Assembly (NCBI GenBank): GCA_964016885.1
Contig: OZ024744.1
Coordinates: forward strand, 86,366,001-86,430,000
Reading direction: 5' to 3'
Source of the DNA: Eledone cirrhosa
Lineage: Eukaryota
DNA length: 64,000 nt
Position 1 is the first letter of the stretch. Every line of letters starts with the position of its first letter. The position numbers and the translations under genes were made by a program. The notes below the pieces were generated by a model, which saw only the letters and a program-made list of their open reading frames with translations, did no database searches and had not been told where the DNA came from. This document shows, piece by piece, positions 38,764 to 52,398 of this stretch.

Positions 38764-38979
38764 GTAGAATTCCCAAAACTAATCAGATCAGAGCAAACAA
38801 CACGGACACTCTATCTCAAAATTATTTTTGAAAAGCATTTAGAAATGCGCAACCGGTAAACACTTAAAAACTTAAAACCACAACTGAATACTAACCCATA
38901 CAATTACTAATACTCTTTTATTCCTAATTAAACCATTTTTCAACTGTGAACAATTTGTCAGCATTTTCTATTCCGTTTA

Positions 38980-39057
<78 letters not shown>

Positions 39058-39217
39058 TAAACAAATAATGAACAAACAATTCCTTATATTAAACAAAAAA
39101 AGTTCATTATTTAACGATCGTTTCTAGGATATATATGTGTTATAATTGGTATGCATATTCAACAGATCTATGTACAAAATTATACAAAATTATACAAATT
39201 ATCAAGATTAAATATAC

Positions 39218-39252
<35 letters not shown>

Positions 39253-39844
39253 CACATATATATATATATATATGTGTGTATATTTATATATGTATATATA
39301 TATGTATATATATATATATGTACATATATATATATGTACATATATATATTGTTATACTTTGGGAGGGTCATGTTGCCAATAAGAAACACACGCACCAGTT
39401 GCTTTCACTTCAATTTAATTTATTAAATATTTATAAGTTTACAAATTTATAAATTTATAAATTTCTGGTTGGTTGGTTGGTTCCACAACCAGATAGTTGT
39501 TTATATATATATAGTCATAGTTCTTTCGTCACACACTCTGTGACCTCTTCAGTGACTGGGGATTTCTTTCTTCGTTTCTGTGCCTTTCCTTTCTTCTATC
39601 CTACGCCATTTTGTTTGTGTGTGGGTTGCGTGCTCAGTTTGCGCATGCGCCACATCCGGGTGTCTGTGTGTGTGTTTGTGTTCATTTGTAAACTTATAAA
39701 TATTTAATAAATTAAATTGAAGTGAAAGCAACTGGTGCGTGTGTTTCTTATTGGCAACATGACCCTCCCAAAGTATAACAATATCGGTTTCAACACACGA
39801 TTTCAGATAAAGAATCTTGCTAAACAAATTCAGAAACGAAATAC

Positions 39845-39875
<31 letters not shown>

Positions 39876-40001
39876 TAAACGTTTGAATATGTATAATAAA
39901 GCCAAAACAATGCAGGTATGGACATATTCAAACGTTTATACCTCATTACACAATGCTTCAAGTGAACTATAACCTCCTCCGTATATATATATATATATCT
40001 G

Positions 40002-40099
<98 letters not shown>

Positions 40100-40605
40100 G
40101 ATAGCTGGAAAGCTAACCAATTGTAGATATGGCCAGGTGTTTCTTGCTCAACTCACACTTCAGAACTTTAAAGCTTGAAGCTTGAAACGTTTAATACTGA
40201 AATCACGGCGAGAATCTCGCAGCTATAAACCGCCCTCCCTCCACACACACACAGTTACAAGCTCATACTTCCTCGCAGACACCCACACACCTTCAAAATA
40301 CAAACGGACATACACACATACATACACAAACGCAAGCATATATATGAGACGTATATTTGTTTAAGTCTATTCACAGTACTCGCTTATATGTTCTTTCGTT
40401 TGATGTTCGCGTATAAGTTCCACTTTCTGTGTATATGTTTATGTGCCACTCTATGAACATACGTGTCTTTGTACACGTGATCTTTTACATATGTATAATA
40501 AAATTCAAATTGCATAATTTAACAGTTTAGTACTGTGGATTGATATTATTTATCATTTCGTTACTACCAGAATTGTTATATATATATATAGGAAAATGTT
40601 CAAGA

Positions 40606-40696
40606 CCCCGACGGCAGAGCTCAAGCCGTTTCGACGGATATTTCTGGACTAAATTCGATTTTTAGCGTGGTAATAAATAACCGAACTTTTCAAGGA
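40606..40696 (-). ncRNA. Type I hammerhead, U3-A8 variant (hammerhead family A, divergent copy)
   Basis: UCC-UUGAAAA-GUUCGG...CCGUC-GAAA-CGGC-UUGAGCUCU-GCCG-UC-GGG; only position 7 of the core differs from 18352-18444. Confidence 0.6.
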
Positions 40697-41070
40697 TTAA
40701 TTCCTTATGAGAAGATTGTAGTTGTGAAAAGGATTGGTCAAAATTAAATCTTTCATGGCGGTGTTTAGGAGTGGGGGTGGCTGAACTTGCCTGTAGAACA
40801 ATGGAGGAGTGGGTGAAGACGGTCAAGCGTAGAAAGTGAATTCTATACAGCAAATTCTAAGGAGTGTGGATGAATTAGGCTAGCTAGAAATCAGGCGAAA
40901 AAAGAATTCTGGAAAATCTGAGAGTGGGAAGTTATAAAATTATGAAGTTAATAAATTGAAATTAAAAAATTAAAATATAACAAATAAAAATAATAATAAT
41001 AAACAAATTTAATAATAAAAAAAAAAAATAAAATAATATAATAAAATATAATTTCAATGTATTATTTTAA

Positions 41071-41382
41071 TGGTGGATTGGCAGTATCGGTAGAGAGTCG
41101 GACGCTATGCTTTCCAGCATAGTTACGTCCCTTTACGATCTGAGTTCAAATCCCGCCGAGGTTGACTTTGCCTTTCATCCTTACGGGGTCGATAAAATAA
41201 AGTACCAGTAATGCACTGGATAATTGCTGGCCTTGTGCCAAAAGTAGAAACAATTATTTTAAACCACATAGATAATTGTTTCTACTTTTGGCACACGGCC
41301 AGCAAAAACCCAGTACATTACTGGTACTTTATTAGTAATGTACTGGATAATTGGTGGCCTTGTGCCAAAAGTAGAAACAATT
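41071..41382 (+). mobile_element. SINE family A plus an inverted pair of 3'-tail fragments
   Basis: Full copy at 41071-41255; tail fragments at 41270-41332 (-) and 41334-41382 (+). Confidence 0.8.
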
Positions 41383-41556
41383 TAAACGACATAGATAATG
41401 GTTTCTGATAATCTTTCTCTCTCTCAATACACACACACACACACACACTCTCTCACACACACATATATATATATTTATAGGTATAACAGGATTCTATGAT
41501 AAACAGATGTACATTTAAAATCGTCTCTCTTCTTTACGATATACATACACACACAC

Positions 41557-41587
<31 letters not shown>

Positions 41588-41621
41588 TATATATATATGT
41601 GTGTGTGTATGTGTGTGTGTA

Positions 41622-41937
41622 TGAAGGCGTATGGCTTTGTGGTTAAGGTATCCGGCTCACAATCGCAAAATCGAGAGTTCAATTCTTGGCGGCGTTTTGT
41701 GTCCTTGAAAACAAGACACTTTATTTCACGTTGCTCCAGTCAACTCGGCTGGAAAAATGAGTTGTACCTGTAATTTGAAGGACCTTGTCATGTTATGAAC
41801 AGTATGAATCTCCCTGAGAACTACGTTAAAGGTACTTGTGTTTGTTAATTGCTCAGCTACTTTCACGTTAATCACATCAGCAGGCTGTTCCGTTAACCGT
41901 ATCAACTGGAATATTCATTGTAACCGACGGAGTGCCA
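41622..41937 (+). mobile_element. SINE family B, apparently full length
   Basis: A box TGGCTTTGTGG, B box GAGTTCAATTC, core TGTGTCCTTG...CAAGACACTTTATTTCACGTTGCTCCAG and 3' end GTAACCGACGGAGTGCC. Confidence 0.75.
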
Positions 41938-41983
41938 TTTTATCTATCTATCTATCTGTCTATCCTTCTACTTATATATGTAT

Positions 41984-42046
<63 letters not shown>

Positions 42047-42052
<6 letters not shown>

Positions 42053-43446
42053 TTTAGGAATAACCAAAGAGTGCTTAGAAATACATTGTTTTATTAGCTA
42101 ATAGTGTTTCATCCATACCCTATGGCAGGAATCGTCAGAGCCTATTAACAAGAGTATATCAGAGGTTGCAGGCTCCATCAAGCTCAGTCACCAGAACAAG
42201 GTTAAAGGACCAGTAGAGGGATCCCAAGGCCAGCGTTATATAGAAAAACATACAATACATGACGCACATAATGTCATAAAATGTCATAAAAATTACATCA
42301 AAAATTTATCACATAAATGGTGCAATAGATGATAAGGAGCTTTGGAGAGGATAGCAAGAAATGAGTGAGAGTGTTACTCAGCATGATCAAAAACAAAAAA
42401 AAAAACAAAAAAAAAAACAAAAACAATAATCCAGACAAAGCAAAGCATAGATACATCAATTCACAAGCAGTGCAAATACAGGATGTACAGGCAGAGTAAG
42501 AGAGCTTGCAAGCATGACGCACTAGTCATCACGATTAAATTTACTGTGGTATAATTGCATATGGTATGACACTTTAGTTCGAGACCGACTCGGCCATACA
42601 GTGAATTTCACTTGGGACGTTGGGTTGAGTGACCCAACGTGAGGACTTTGGGAGATAGCAGTTATTGCGGACCTGTCTTATTTTCAATTCCTTCACAGGG
42701 GTGCCGGCTGTACATGTACCTTACTTTACTTCAACTCATCATACTTTACTTTATTTTAGATTTAGGGTGTTTGTTGCAGACTGCCGATGTGGAGAAATCC
42801 TCTGGGTATATGTTTTGGAAACATAGTACTATATCGCCTAACGCTTGGACCTGGAACCAATGAATGTTGTTCGTAGGGTGCTGGTATGATACGGAGAATC
42901 GACCTGTTACAAGGTGATATAACTGGAGTACACCATCCTTCCTATAGACAATCATACATGTAAAGCAGCACCATCGCTAACCAACTATTCTTCTCACGGA
43001 CTCATACTTCCAAGCTCTTTTACTCTGCCTGTGTGGGCACTGCTTGTGTATTGATGTATCTATGCTTTGCTTTGTCTGGGTTTTTTTTTTTTTTTTTTTT
43101 TTTTTCTCATGCTGAGTAACACTCTCACTCATTTCTTACTATCCTCTCCAAAGCTCCTTATCATCTATTGCACCATTTATGTGATAAATTTTTGATGTAA
43201 TTTTTATGACATTTTATGACATTATGTGCGTCATGTATTGTGTGTTTTTTTATATAACGCTGGCCTTGGGATCCTCCTACTGGTCCTTTAACCTTGTTCT
43301 GGTTATTGAGCTTGATGGAGCCTGCAACCTCTGATATACTCTTGTTAATATGCTCTGATGATTCCTGCCATAGGCTATGGATGAAACACTGTTAGCTAAT
43401 AAAACAATGTATTTCTAAGCACTCTTTGGTTATTCCTAAACTTATA
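42047..43446. mobile_element. 1.4-kb element with ~450-bp inverted arms, each carrying a hammerhead-like motif (family D)
   Basis: 42047-42509 is the reverse complement of 43011-43446, around a ~500-bp spacer. Motifs at 43352-43396 (+) and 42097-42141 (-). Confidence 0.8.
43352..43396 (+). ncRNA. Hammerhead-like motif (family D)
   Basis: GCU-CUGAUGA-U-UCC...GGA-U-GAAA-C-ACU-G-UU-AGC, with stem I GCU/AGC; the mirror copy has CUGACGA. Confidence 0.55.
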
Positions 43447-43598
43447 ACGGCTCTGTAGTATACTAGTTATCCTACATGGAGCTAAAACCATACTGTCATA
43501 CCAAGGGCGATATATCTGCGTGTCTGTGCACATTGATATACTTGTCAACGAAACTATATATATATATTTATGTATGTGTGCGTGCGTGTGTGTGTCTG

Positions 43599-43645
<47 letters not shown>

Positions 43646-43657
43646 GAGTAAGTAAGA

Positions 43658-43750
43658 CCCCGACGGCTGCGCTCAAGCCGTTTCCACGGCTAATTCTGTA
43701 CTGAATGAAAAATCAGTTCTGGTATTTAAATAGCCGAACTTGTCAAGGGG
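43658..43750 (-). ncRNA. Type I hammerhead, U3-A8 variant (hammerhead family A; C11.1>G)
   Basis: CCCC-UUGACAA-GUUCGGCUA...UAGCCGUG-GAAA-CGGCU...AGCCG-UC-GGGG, within the repeat at 43645-44012. Confidence 0.55.
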
Positions 43751-45049
43751 CAATTCCATATATGGTCAAAGAGATAATCACCAGGATTGGTCATCCCACA
43801 AGGTAGTAGTAATTCAGCGATGGCAAGTTGGTGGGGGAGGTAGCCAAACCTGCCAGTAGGAGAAAAGGGGAGAGGGGGAGGAGTAGACCCATTCATGCGT
43901 TGGTGGTGCCAGCTACAGCTGGGTGTGAGGTCAAAGAGGAAGCAGGGGAGGGGGAGGGGGAGGAGGTCAATACGGTAAGTAGAACGATGAAAATGTAAAA
44001 CTGTAAAAGGTACTGAGAGAGAAAAGAAATATAAGCGGAATCCGGTTACTAAGAAATAGGCTGAAGAAATACATAAATAAGTAAATAAGAAATACATAAG
44101 TAATATTCCACATAAGTAAATAAGAAATACGTAAATAATATTCCACAAGAAATACATATGTGAGTAAATAAACAAATAAGTGAGTAAAGGGATGGATAGA
44201 TAGATTTAAAAAAAAAAAAAAAAAAAAAAAATTTATATATATATATATATATATATAATGTAGAATAAAAAGAATAAGAAAACAAATGATAATGATAGAA
44301 AAAAAACCTAGATGTGGCGGAGATAAAGGGACCCTTATGCGGGGTATAAGTGCGTGTATCGTACGGTGACGGGTCAACAGAGGGGGAGGGGGGGGGTCGG
44401 AATACTACAGAGACCACCACGAAAAAAATAAATAAATAACGGTTTCTACCCCAAACACCGGGCCAGCAACCACCCAGTGCAAGAAAGTAGACTAAATTTG
44501 ATACTCCGTGACCAATAGTATTTTTAAGCAAGGCACTTTGTTTTACGTTGCTCCAGGCCACATAGCAGGTGTGTGTGTGGGGGGGGGGGGGGAGGGGAGT
44601 CTAAAGACCTGCTTTGTAAGACACTGTGTCCCGCCGACTCTCTTTGAGAATTATGTTAAACCTACACGTATCTATATTCAACTATTTACTCATAAAATTC
44701 ATGAACAAATTTGTTCTATTGTTCAAACAACTTACACTCCTCGCCGGAACAGACGGAGGTCCAATACATAAACACATGTGCATGGTACGCTGCATACGTA
44801 TACGTATTTGTATGTATGTTTTGGCGTCTGTGTGTATTTAATGATTCTGGAAATACCCTGCCAAATGCATATGTTGCCTGCTCGTATATAAGGAGATATA
44901 TTGATGTAATTCCACAACAGTTGAACTCTTCAGAAGTATGCTCGAATTTGTAAAGATTTGTAACTGTCATAGCTACTGTGAATCTGTCAAATAACCTGCC
45001 AATATGATCAAGCTGTGACGGTCACGCAGAATTAAGTTTATTTCTTTTC

Positions 45050-45233
45050 CTCTTTCTCTCTGTCTATCTGTCTGTCTGTCTGACTGTCTGTCTGTCTTTT
45101 CTGTCTGTCTGTCTATCTGTCAGTCTGCCTGTCAATATGTGTCTGTCTGTCTATATGTCTGTCTGTCTCTGTTTTCTCTTCTTTCTCTCTTTTCTTTTAC
45201 TTTCTTATTTTTCTTTCTTTTCTGTCTGTCTTT

Positions 45234-45309
<76 letters not shown>

Positions 45310-45574
45310 TCGTTCGTTCTTTCTTTCATTCGTTCTTTCTTTATTTCCTTCTTTATTTCTATCTTTCTTTCTTTCCTTCTTTCTTTTTTTCTATCTTCGC
45401 TGGCTGTCTGTCTTTCTCTCTTTCTTTTCTGTTTGTCTTTTCTTTCTTTCTATCTATCTTTCATTCGTTCTTTCTTTCTTTCTTTCTTTCTTTCTTTTTA
45501 TCTTTCTTTCTTTCTTTTCTGTCTGCCTGTCTTTTCTTTCTTTCTATCTTTCTTTCTTTTCTGTCTGTTTTTCC

Positions 45575-45637
<63 letters not shown>

Positions 45638-45668
45638 GTCTTCCTTCTTTCTTTCCTTTCTTTCTTTC

Positions 45669-45702
<34 letters not shown>

Positions 45703-45763
45703 ATCTTTCTTTCTTTTCTGTCTGTTTTTCCTCTTTCTTTCTTTTTTTCTTTCTTTCTTTCCT

Positions 45764-45803
<40 letters not shown>

Positions 45804-46225
45804 TCCTTCCTTCCTTCTTCCCTTCTTCCCTTCTTTCTTTTCTGTCTGTCTGTCTTTTCTTTCTTTCTATCTATCTTTCTTTATTTCTTTCTTTCTTTCA
45901 TTCGTTCTTTCCTTCCTTCCTTCCCTCTTTCTTTCTTTTCTGTCTGTCTGTCTTTTCTTTCTTTCTATCTATCTTTCTTTAGTTCTTTCTTTCTTTCATT
46001 CGTTCTTTCCTTCCTTCCTTCCCTCTTTCTTTCTTTTCTGTCTGTCTGTCTTTTCTTTCTTTCTATCTATCTTTCTTTCGTTCATTCTTTCATTCGTTCT
46101 TTCTTTCTTTCCTCCCCTCTTTCTTTCTTTCTTTCTTTCTTTCTTCTCTGGCTGTCTGTCTTTCTTTCTTTCTTCCTTTCGTTTTTCTTTCTTTTCTGTC
46201 TGTCTATCTGCTTGTCTTTCTTTCC
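45050..46225. repeat. Degenerate (CTTT)n/(CTGT)n polypyrimidine tract
   Basis: Direct inspection; source of the FFLS pseudo-ORFs. Confidence 0.95.
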
Positions 46226-46392
46226 GATTGGCAGTATCGGTAGCGGGTCGGACGCCAGGCTTTGACGCATAGAGTTACGGCCCTTGCCATTCAGTGTTAA
46301 CTTTCTCTTTCATCCTTACGGGGTCGATAAAATAAAATACCAGTAATACACTGGATAATTGCTGGCCTTGTGCCAATAGTAGAAACAATTAT
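46226..46392 (+). mobile_element. SINE family A (internal deletion)
   Basis: Head, core and tail match the consensus; the B-box region is missing. Confidence 0.75.
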
Positions 46393-46908
46393 ATTATTTA
46401 TAATATTTCTTCGATTTGTTCCCCTCCTTCTCCTTTTCTCTCTCTGCCTCTCCTCTCTCTTCCCCTCTCCTCTCTCTTTTTCTCTTTACGTTGGGTACTA
46501 AAGGCAAGAATATATATACACAACTGTGTCATAAAAGTGAAAATGAAAATAAATAATTAAATAAATAAATTATAATAATAATGATTTCTTTATTGGCCAC
46601 AAGGGCTGACATCAAGAAAAACATTACAGACGGCACAGGACGGTACAGGACTGTACGATGTGGGTTTTGTGCGTGTAAATATTTTTATTATTTATATAAG
46701 AAAAGAAAAAAAAGGACATAGAAACATATATATATATATAAACAATAAAAATGAAAATAGAAACAATGAAAAATTCCCCAATAGGGGGGGGGGGGGAACC
46801 TCCGAGGGTTACTAGTGGCGAAAACCACACAAAAGACCACGGCCACCCTGACCACCAGGGCAAGCGCCCTCTCTCAATTTTTCCAGCTCTCAAACTACAG
46901 ACGTATAT

Positions 46909-49900
46909 TCAGAGTGGACCATTCACTCGGACCATTCTCGCTATATTCACCCACCTTTCAACAAACTTGCTAGAAGGCAGCACTTGCCGCTCCACCCTGA
47001 TTTTCCTCTTCAAGTGAAACTTGAAAAAGTTAATTAGGGATTGGCCGAAGAGGAAAGTGTCTGTCTTTAACCCTTTTAACCTTGTCCACCACACACTCTC
47101 TTTCGCCGTGGCCATCAGGCAGATGAGAACCGCCTGCCCTTGCTCCTCGAAGGAAGACGGCGAGACCATCTGCACAATGGACTCAGTCGACAACCGGATC
47201 AGTCGTACACTCGACAGCAACTGTTCGACATAGCTCCACAAGTCAGCAATGCTCGGGCACTGAACGAGTGCGTGCACGACGGTTTCGTCGCCCTGCACGC
47301 ATCTCGGACAGGCTCGGCTGACGGCACTTCCGTGCCTGTAGAGCTTATCTCGAACCGGCAGCGCTCCCCGGTAGCACTGCCAGGCCAGGGATTTTTGGAA
47401 GTTATCCATAGGCCCTGGGCTGAAAGTTCTCCGAAAGAGAGCAAACAGCTGATCTTCTTCGACGCCCAGGATCTTTCCAAGAATGTCGTCGCTCTTCCCC
47501 TCCACTAGTCCTCTATAGAACGTCGAGGAGGATGTCCCACCGATACTGGTGCCCAGCTGTCAGACGGCAGTGAGCGCCTGGAGACATTCCAGTTTCCAAG
47601 CGCTATCCCTCGGTCTTTTTCTGACCATGAACTGCAGCTCCGTCAAGGAGACGAGCTGTGGGAAAACGTGCCTGGCGAACGGCGACCACACCAGTTCACT
47701 ATTAAGGAAGCATCAGAGATGTCGCAGCCTCAGCGCGCATCATCAGCCACGGCATGCCCAGCCCTCCACGCAACGGGTGTTGACAGCAGATGGATCGTCT
47801 GACCTTGGGAGCGCGTCCCTTCAACAAAAAGCGGAAGAGGAGGCGCTCCATTTTGGTGAGAGTTGGGCTGGATCAAGGGACGACGGTGAGGCGGTAGCAG
47901 ATGACGGATGCAATGTACGCATTCGCCACCTCCACTCGGCCTTTCAGGGACAGCTTCCTCTCGGTCGATTTCTGGGTGAGGGAGGCCACGTTGCTCGTCA
48001 CCTCGTTCCAGTTTTTCTCCATCTTGAGGTCCTGTCCGAACCAGACTCCGAGCAATTTAACCGGTCCGTCCGTCCAACGCCACACGACGCTGTCGGACGG
48101 CATGGACTTGCCTCTCCAGGTGCCGAGCTGCAAGCCCATCCACTTTTCCTGGTTTATCTTTGCTCCTGTCTCCGCTTCGTATTCCTTGAGAGCCGTGCCG
48201 AGCATCAGGATGTGTCTGGTGCTCAACACCACCACGGTGACGTCGTCAGCGTAAGCCGACTCGGATTTCCCGCATCCTAGTTCACGTGAGACGCCCCTCA
48301 TCGCCCCCAGTTTGTGCAGCAACGGCTCGAGAGCCAATACGTACAAGAGGGACGAGAGGGGACAACACTGGCGGACTGACCGCATGATGCTGAACGTCTG
48401 CGACAGGTGACCATTCACCCTCACAACAGAGCAGATGTCGCTGTACATTGCTGCGATCCAACCCCTGAAAACGGGCCCGAAACCGACTGCCTCGTGGACC
48501 GCCGCCAGGTACCGATGGTCAACCCTATCGAATGCTTTGGATTGATCCAAGTTGATCAGGGCCCCACCCATGCCAGGTTCCTTAACCACCCTCTCTATTG
48601 TGTATCGCATGAGGTGGAGGTTGTCGTGTATGGATCTGTCCGGAATGGCGCATGTCTGCGCCTCTCCCACCAGACCCTTGACGACAAGCGCCAACCTCGT
48701 TGCTAACACGTTGGCCAAAGCTTGAACTCTGCGTTTAGCAGGGTTATGGGCCTGTAATTATCGATAACATCCCCCTTGTTCGGGTCTTTTCTCAGCAGCG
48801 CCACTGCTCCCCGGCTCACAAAACTGGGAATGCTCCTGTTCTGCTGCCAGCTGCAGTAGGCGTCTGCCAAGAGGTCACCGAACAAGTGTGGCATAAATGC
48901 ATAAAGCTCGTTGGGCAGACCATCCAAACCTGGCGATTTACCCCTTGTGCAGTTATTTCACCGGCTGTTATTGGCTTTTCGCAACACTATGCTGCGGTCA
49001 TCGAGAGCCGAGGCAGTCCGTCGAGATATGCACTGAAGTCCATGCCCGATCCGGGCCGCCGCTGCTCCCGAACAGTTCAGCAAAATGCTGCTGAAAAGCT
49101 TTCCACATCCGCTCGGGTTCGAACATCACGAAATCGTTTTGGTCAGACAAAGACCGAATTGTGGCTTTGTTGTCACGTCGCGCCTCTGCCACCCGGGCCC
49201 ATAGGACGGCTTTTGTCCCCTCTTGTTTCAGAGCACGCGCTCTAGCTCTGACAACGCAGGCTTCGTATTTTGCGTTGAAGAATTGGTGAAGCGCCAATCT
49301 CGCCGCAAGCACGTCGGTTCCGATGCCTGTCCTAAACGCCTCTTCTAGGTTTCTGACTAGCTCTCCCTCTACTCTATTTTCCTCTATCACTACTCCTTTG
49401 CTAAACCTAATCGACTCTACATTAATTGCCCTTTTCAGGGCGAACACCCACCTGTTGTTGACGACCGCTTCCGTCAACGCCCGCTTAACTAATACGCTAA
49501 TCCGGTCTCTGTAGGCTTTGCGCGCCGGGAAAGACGCATTCAGCTTCCAGTAACCAGGCCCTTGTCTATGAAGTCTGTCTATGTCGATCACACAGATCAC
49601 AAATTTGTGATCTGTGTAGTCGACTATTTTAAATTGTGGACAACTTATACTAGCCTTATCTAGTTCTCTGCAGAATACCCTATTGAGATAGGATCTGGAT
49701 TACCCGATGCGGTTTGTCCATGTCCACATTGGCACATTCGGGTGATCCAGTCGATACCTGTCAGACAGTTCAAAACGTCTGAGCAGGTTGGTGAGGCTCT
49801 TGCACCCTCCTCCCCTATCCACTAGCCCCACACAATCCCAGCTTGCATCCAAGATACCGTTCCAGTCGCCCGCTAACACTAAAGAGCGGAACGTTCCAAG

Positions 49901-50243
49901 AAAGGGCGTAGACGGCTACTAACCTGAAAGCATTGCCTTCGCTGCCGGTCACGTCCAGCACCTCCTACTTACCTTCTGGGCCTAGCAAGATGGCCCGTAT
50001 GGCGAAATCCAAGCTTCTCCGAAAAAGGACGGCAACCCCACCCCCCGATCCTGGACGGCTGGGAGATGCGTGTACATCGTAGCCGCCGAAGATCGGTGCG
50101 AAGGCTTGTGCTTCGGAGATTCGGGTTTCACTGATGGCCACCACATCTATGTTTAGTGACCTGAGGTCGTTGAGCATGTGACTCTGCTTCCAAGATGACC
50201 CCAGGCCACGTGCATTTATACTACCTATTCTGAGTACGGCCAT
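46909..50243 (-). pseudogene. ORF2: APE endonuclease, reverse transcriptase and C-terminal zinc-binding domain (frameshifted, deletion in APE)
   Basis: LRIGSINARGL, VAISETR, GVAVL, LAGDWN, WKLNAS, NYRPITLLN, LDQSKAFDRVDH, VRQCCPLS, YADDV, LLGV and CPRC...ETVVHALVQC across consecutive ORF fragments. Confidence 0.9.
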
Positions 50244-50275
50244 GTTAGATGAGAAACGGGGTAAGTGAGAAAGGG

Positions 50276-52398
50276 TCACTTACCTTGTTCGTGTGCTGAA
50301 GGGACAGTAGAACCGTCCCGTTCGCTGGTTATGGGTGTTTCCAAGAGAATGTCAGTGTATATCCTCTTGGTAACCGACCCTCTGAAGTCTCCAACTGCGT
50401 TGGGGAATTTTTGTTTTATAGGTTTGTACTGTTCTATTGAGATTTCTATGAAGCTTATGTTTGTCGGGAGAGTTCTTGGTGTTGGTGGGGTGTAGTAGTT
50501 TTTTTCTGTGATGTCTGTGTGCTGCTTTATACATTGTATGACTTCTTTATTTGCCATCTTTATGGCTGTGTACTTTTTGGGGGGAGGGGTGATTTTGTTG
50601 CTGTTTTCTTCTAGTTGCTGTTTGGTGTGTGTGTCTTGTTGTGTTTGCGTTGTTGGTGTTTTTGGTGATGCTGGTGGTGGTGTGGTTGTTGTTGTCAGTG
50701 GTGCTTGTGCTGGTGATGGTGGTGGTGTTGCTGCAAGTTTCCTTGCTGCCTTTAACCCTCTTTGTATGCCTTCGCTTTTGGAGGGTGAATCTAAGGGTTT
50801 TTTTGTTTTTTGTTTTTTGTGGCAGACCGTTTGCCACTTCACTCTCGCCTCAAACTCCATGTCGGATTCTGTGGCGTCTGGGAGGAGTATGTGCTCCACG
50901 GCTGTTGGCGGTGGTAGTGGAGCCCTCTTCGGCAATTTTGTTGCTGGTGTAGCTACTTCAAATGGAGCTATTGGTGTTACCACCACTGATGATGCTGCTT
51001 TAGTTCTCCGTGGCCTTGGTACGGGTGCTACGGACGTTGCCCTCCTACTCACCGTGAAAGGGGCTTCTTCGTTTGTTGCCTGCCCTGCTCTTGGTAGCAG
51101 GTACCAGGTATTGGAAGGAGAGGGGCCTTCTTCTTCGCTGTCTTCTGCGGGCAAAAGGCCCTGAGGTGACCCTTCGACCCACAGAGATAACATTTTGGCC
51201 GCCTTCCTTCTACACTTATAGGGAGCTGGAGTCCTTCCTCGATGCCTATGATATCGGGGATAGCCTCGATACATTCCTGGTCAGTTTGTATAAGCATTTG
51301 CATGCCTATACCTGACCAAATTCTCTCTCCCTATTTTTTCTACTTGCAGCATGGTCGTCCTGTTCTCGATTCCAGCAAGGCCAGACGCGGCCAGCCAAGG
51401 TATGGGCACGTCGGGTGGGACCTGGGTCACTTTGACCCTCACAATTTTCTGCCCGCGGTAGGAGGGCACCAAGACTATCTCCTCACTCTTTAGGGTTTCC
51501 AAAGAGTGAGACTTTGCTTCCTGGGGGGGTGGCGAAAAGTACGTCTACTGTGGCGTATTTTTTGCCTCGGGTGATGTGGGTTTTGCGTGCCCAGACGCGC
51601 CCCAAGGCCTTTTTGATTTGAGCCTCCGTGGCTCTCTCCAGCCGATGTGAGATTTTGCTTACGGTGCGGTAAATCACCGCCCGTAGCTGCTGGTCCTTGA
51701 AAAAATCGGGTGGAGGTTTCAGGGAGACTCTATTTGCGCTTCTTGGCCCTTGCGACTGCCATCTCCTTCTCTGTGACTAACACTGTCTCGATATTTCGGG
51801 CCACACCTGCAAAAGAAGTGGTCCCTTTTTCAGCAGCACCACTATTGCTGCCGCTACTGGTCTTACTGGTGGTGCTGAGATTCCTATTACAGGTATCCAT
51901 GTCATTGTTGTTGTAATCGTTGGTACAGTTGTTGGTGTTGTTGTTGTTTTCGTTGATACTGTTGCTATTGTTACTGTTATTGTGGCTGTTGTTATTATTG
52001 TTGTTTTTGTTGATACTGTTCCTACTATTATTGTTGTTGTGGTTGTTGTTATTGTCATTGTTATTGTCGTTCTCGCCCTTACCGCTATTATTTTTGTTAT
52101 TGTCGTTCTCGACCTTACAGCTGTTATTTTTGTTATTGTCGTTCTCGACCTTACCGCTTTTATTTTTGTTGTTGCTGTTGTTATTGCTGGTGTTGTTGGT
52201 GTTGTTGTTGGTGTTATTGTTGTTGTTGTTTGTGTTAGAAATATTTGTTAATTTTAAATCTGTAACAATCTTCTTTTCCTTTGTAATATTTTCGTTTATA
52301 TTTACCTCCGCTGGAACGCTGTCTGGTTGACATGCTGATAAAGTCTCCCTCTCTCTGTGTTGTCTGACAGCGCTCTCTCTGTTTCTTGTGTTATCCAT
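50276..52398 (-). pseudogene. ORF1: gag-like nucleic-acid-binding protein with an N-terminal Asn-rich tract (frameshifted)
   Basis: CYLCGSKGHLRAFC (CX2CX4HX4C) in 51049-51303; fragments 51730-52398, 51483-51677, 51281-51502 and 50276-51274 are colinear upstream of ORF2. Confidence 0.8.

Noticed and set aside
45137-46272. 281- and 377-aa hydrophobic ORFs
   Set aside because: Translations of a (CTTT)n tract that cannot contain stops; not genes.
50508-52330. Plus-strand ORFs rich in Leu/Val
   Set aside because: Antisense shadows of LINE ORF1 low-complexity sequence.
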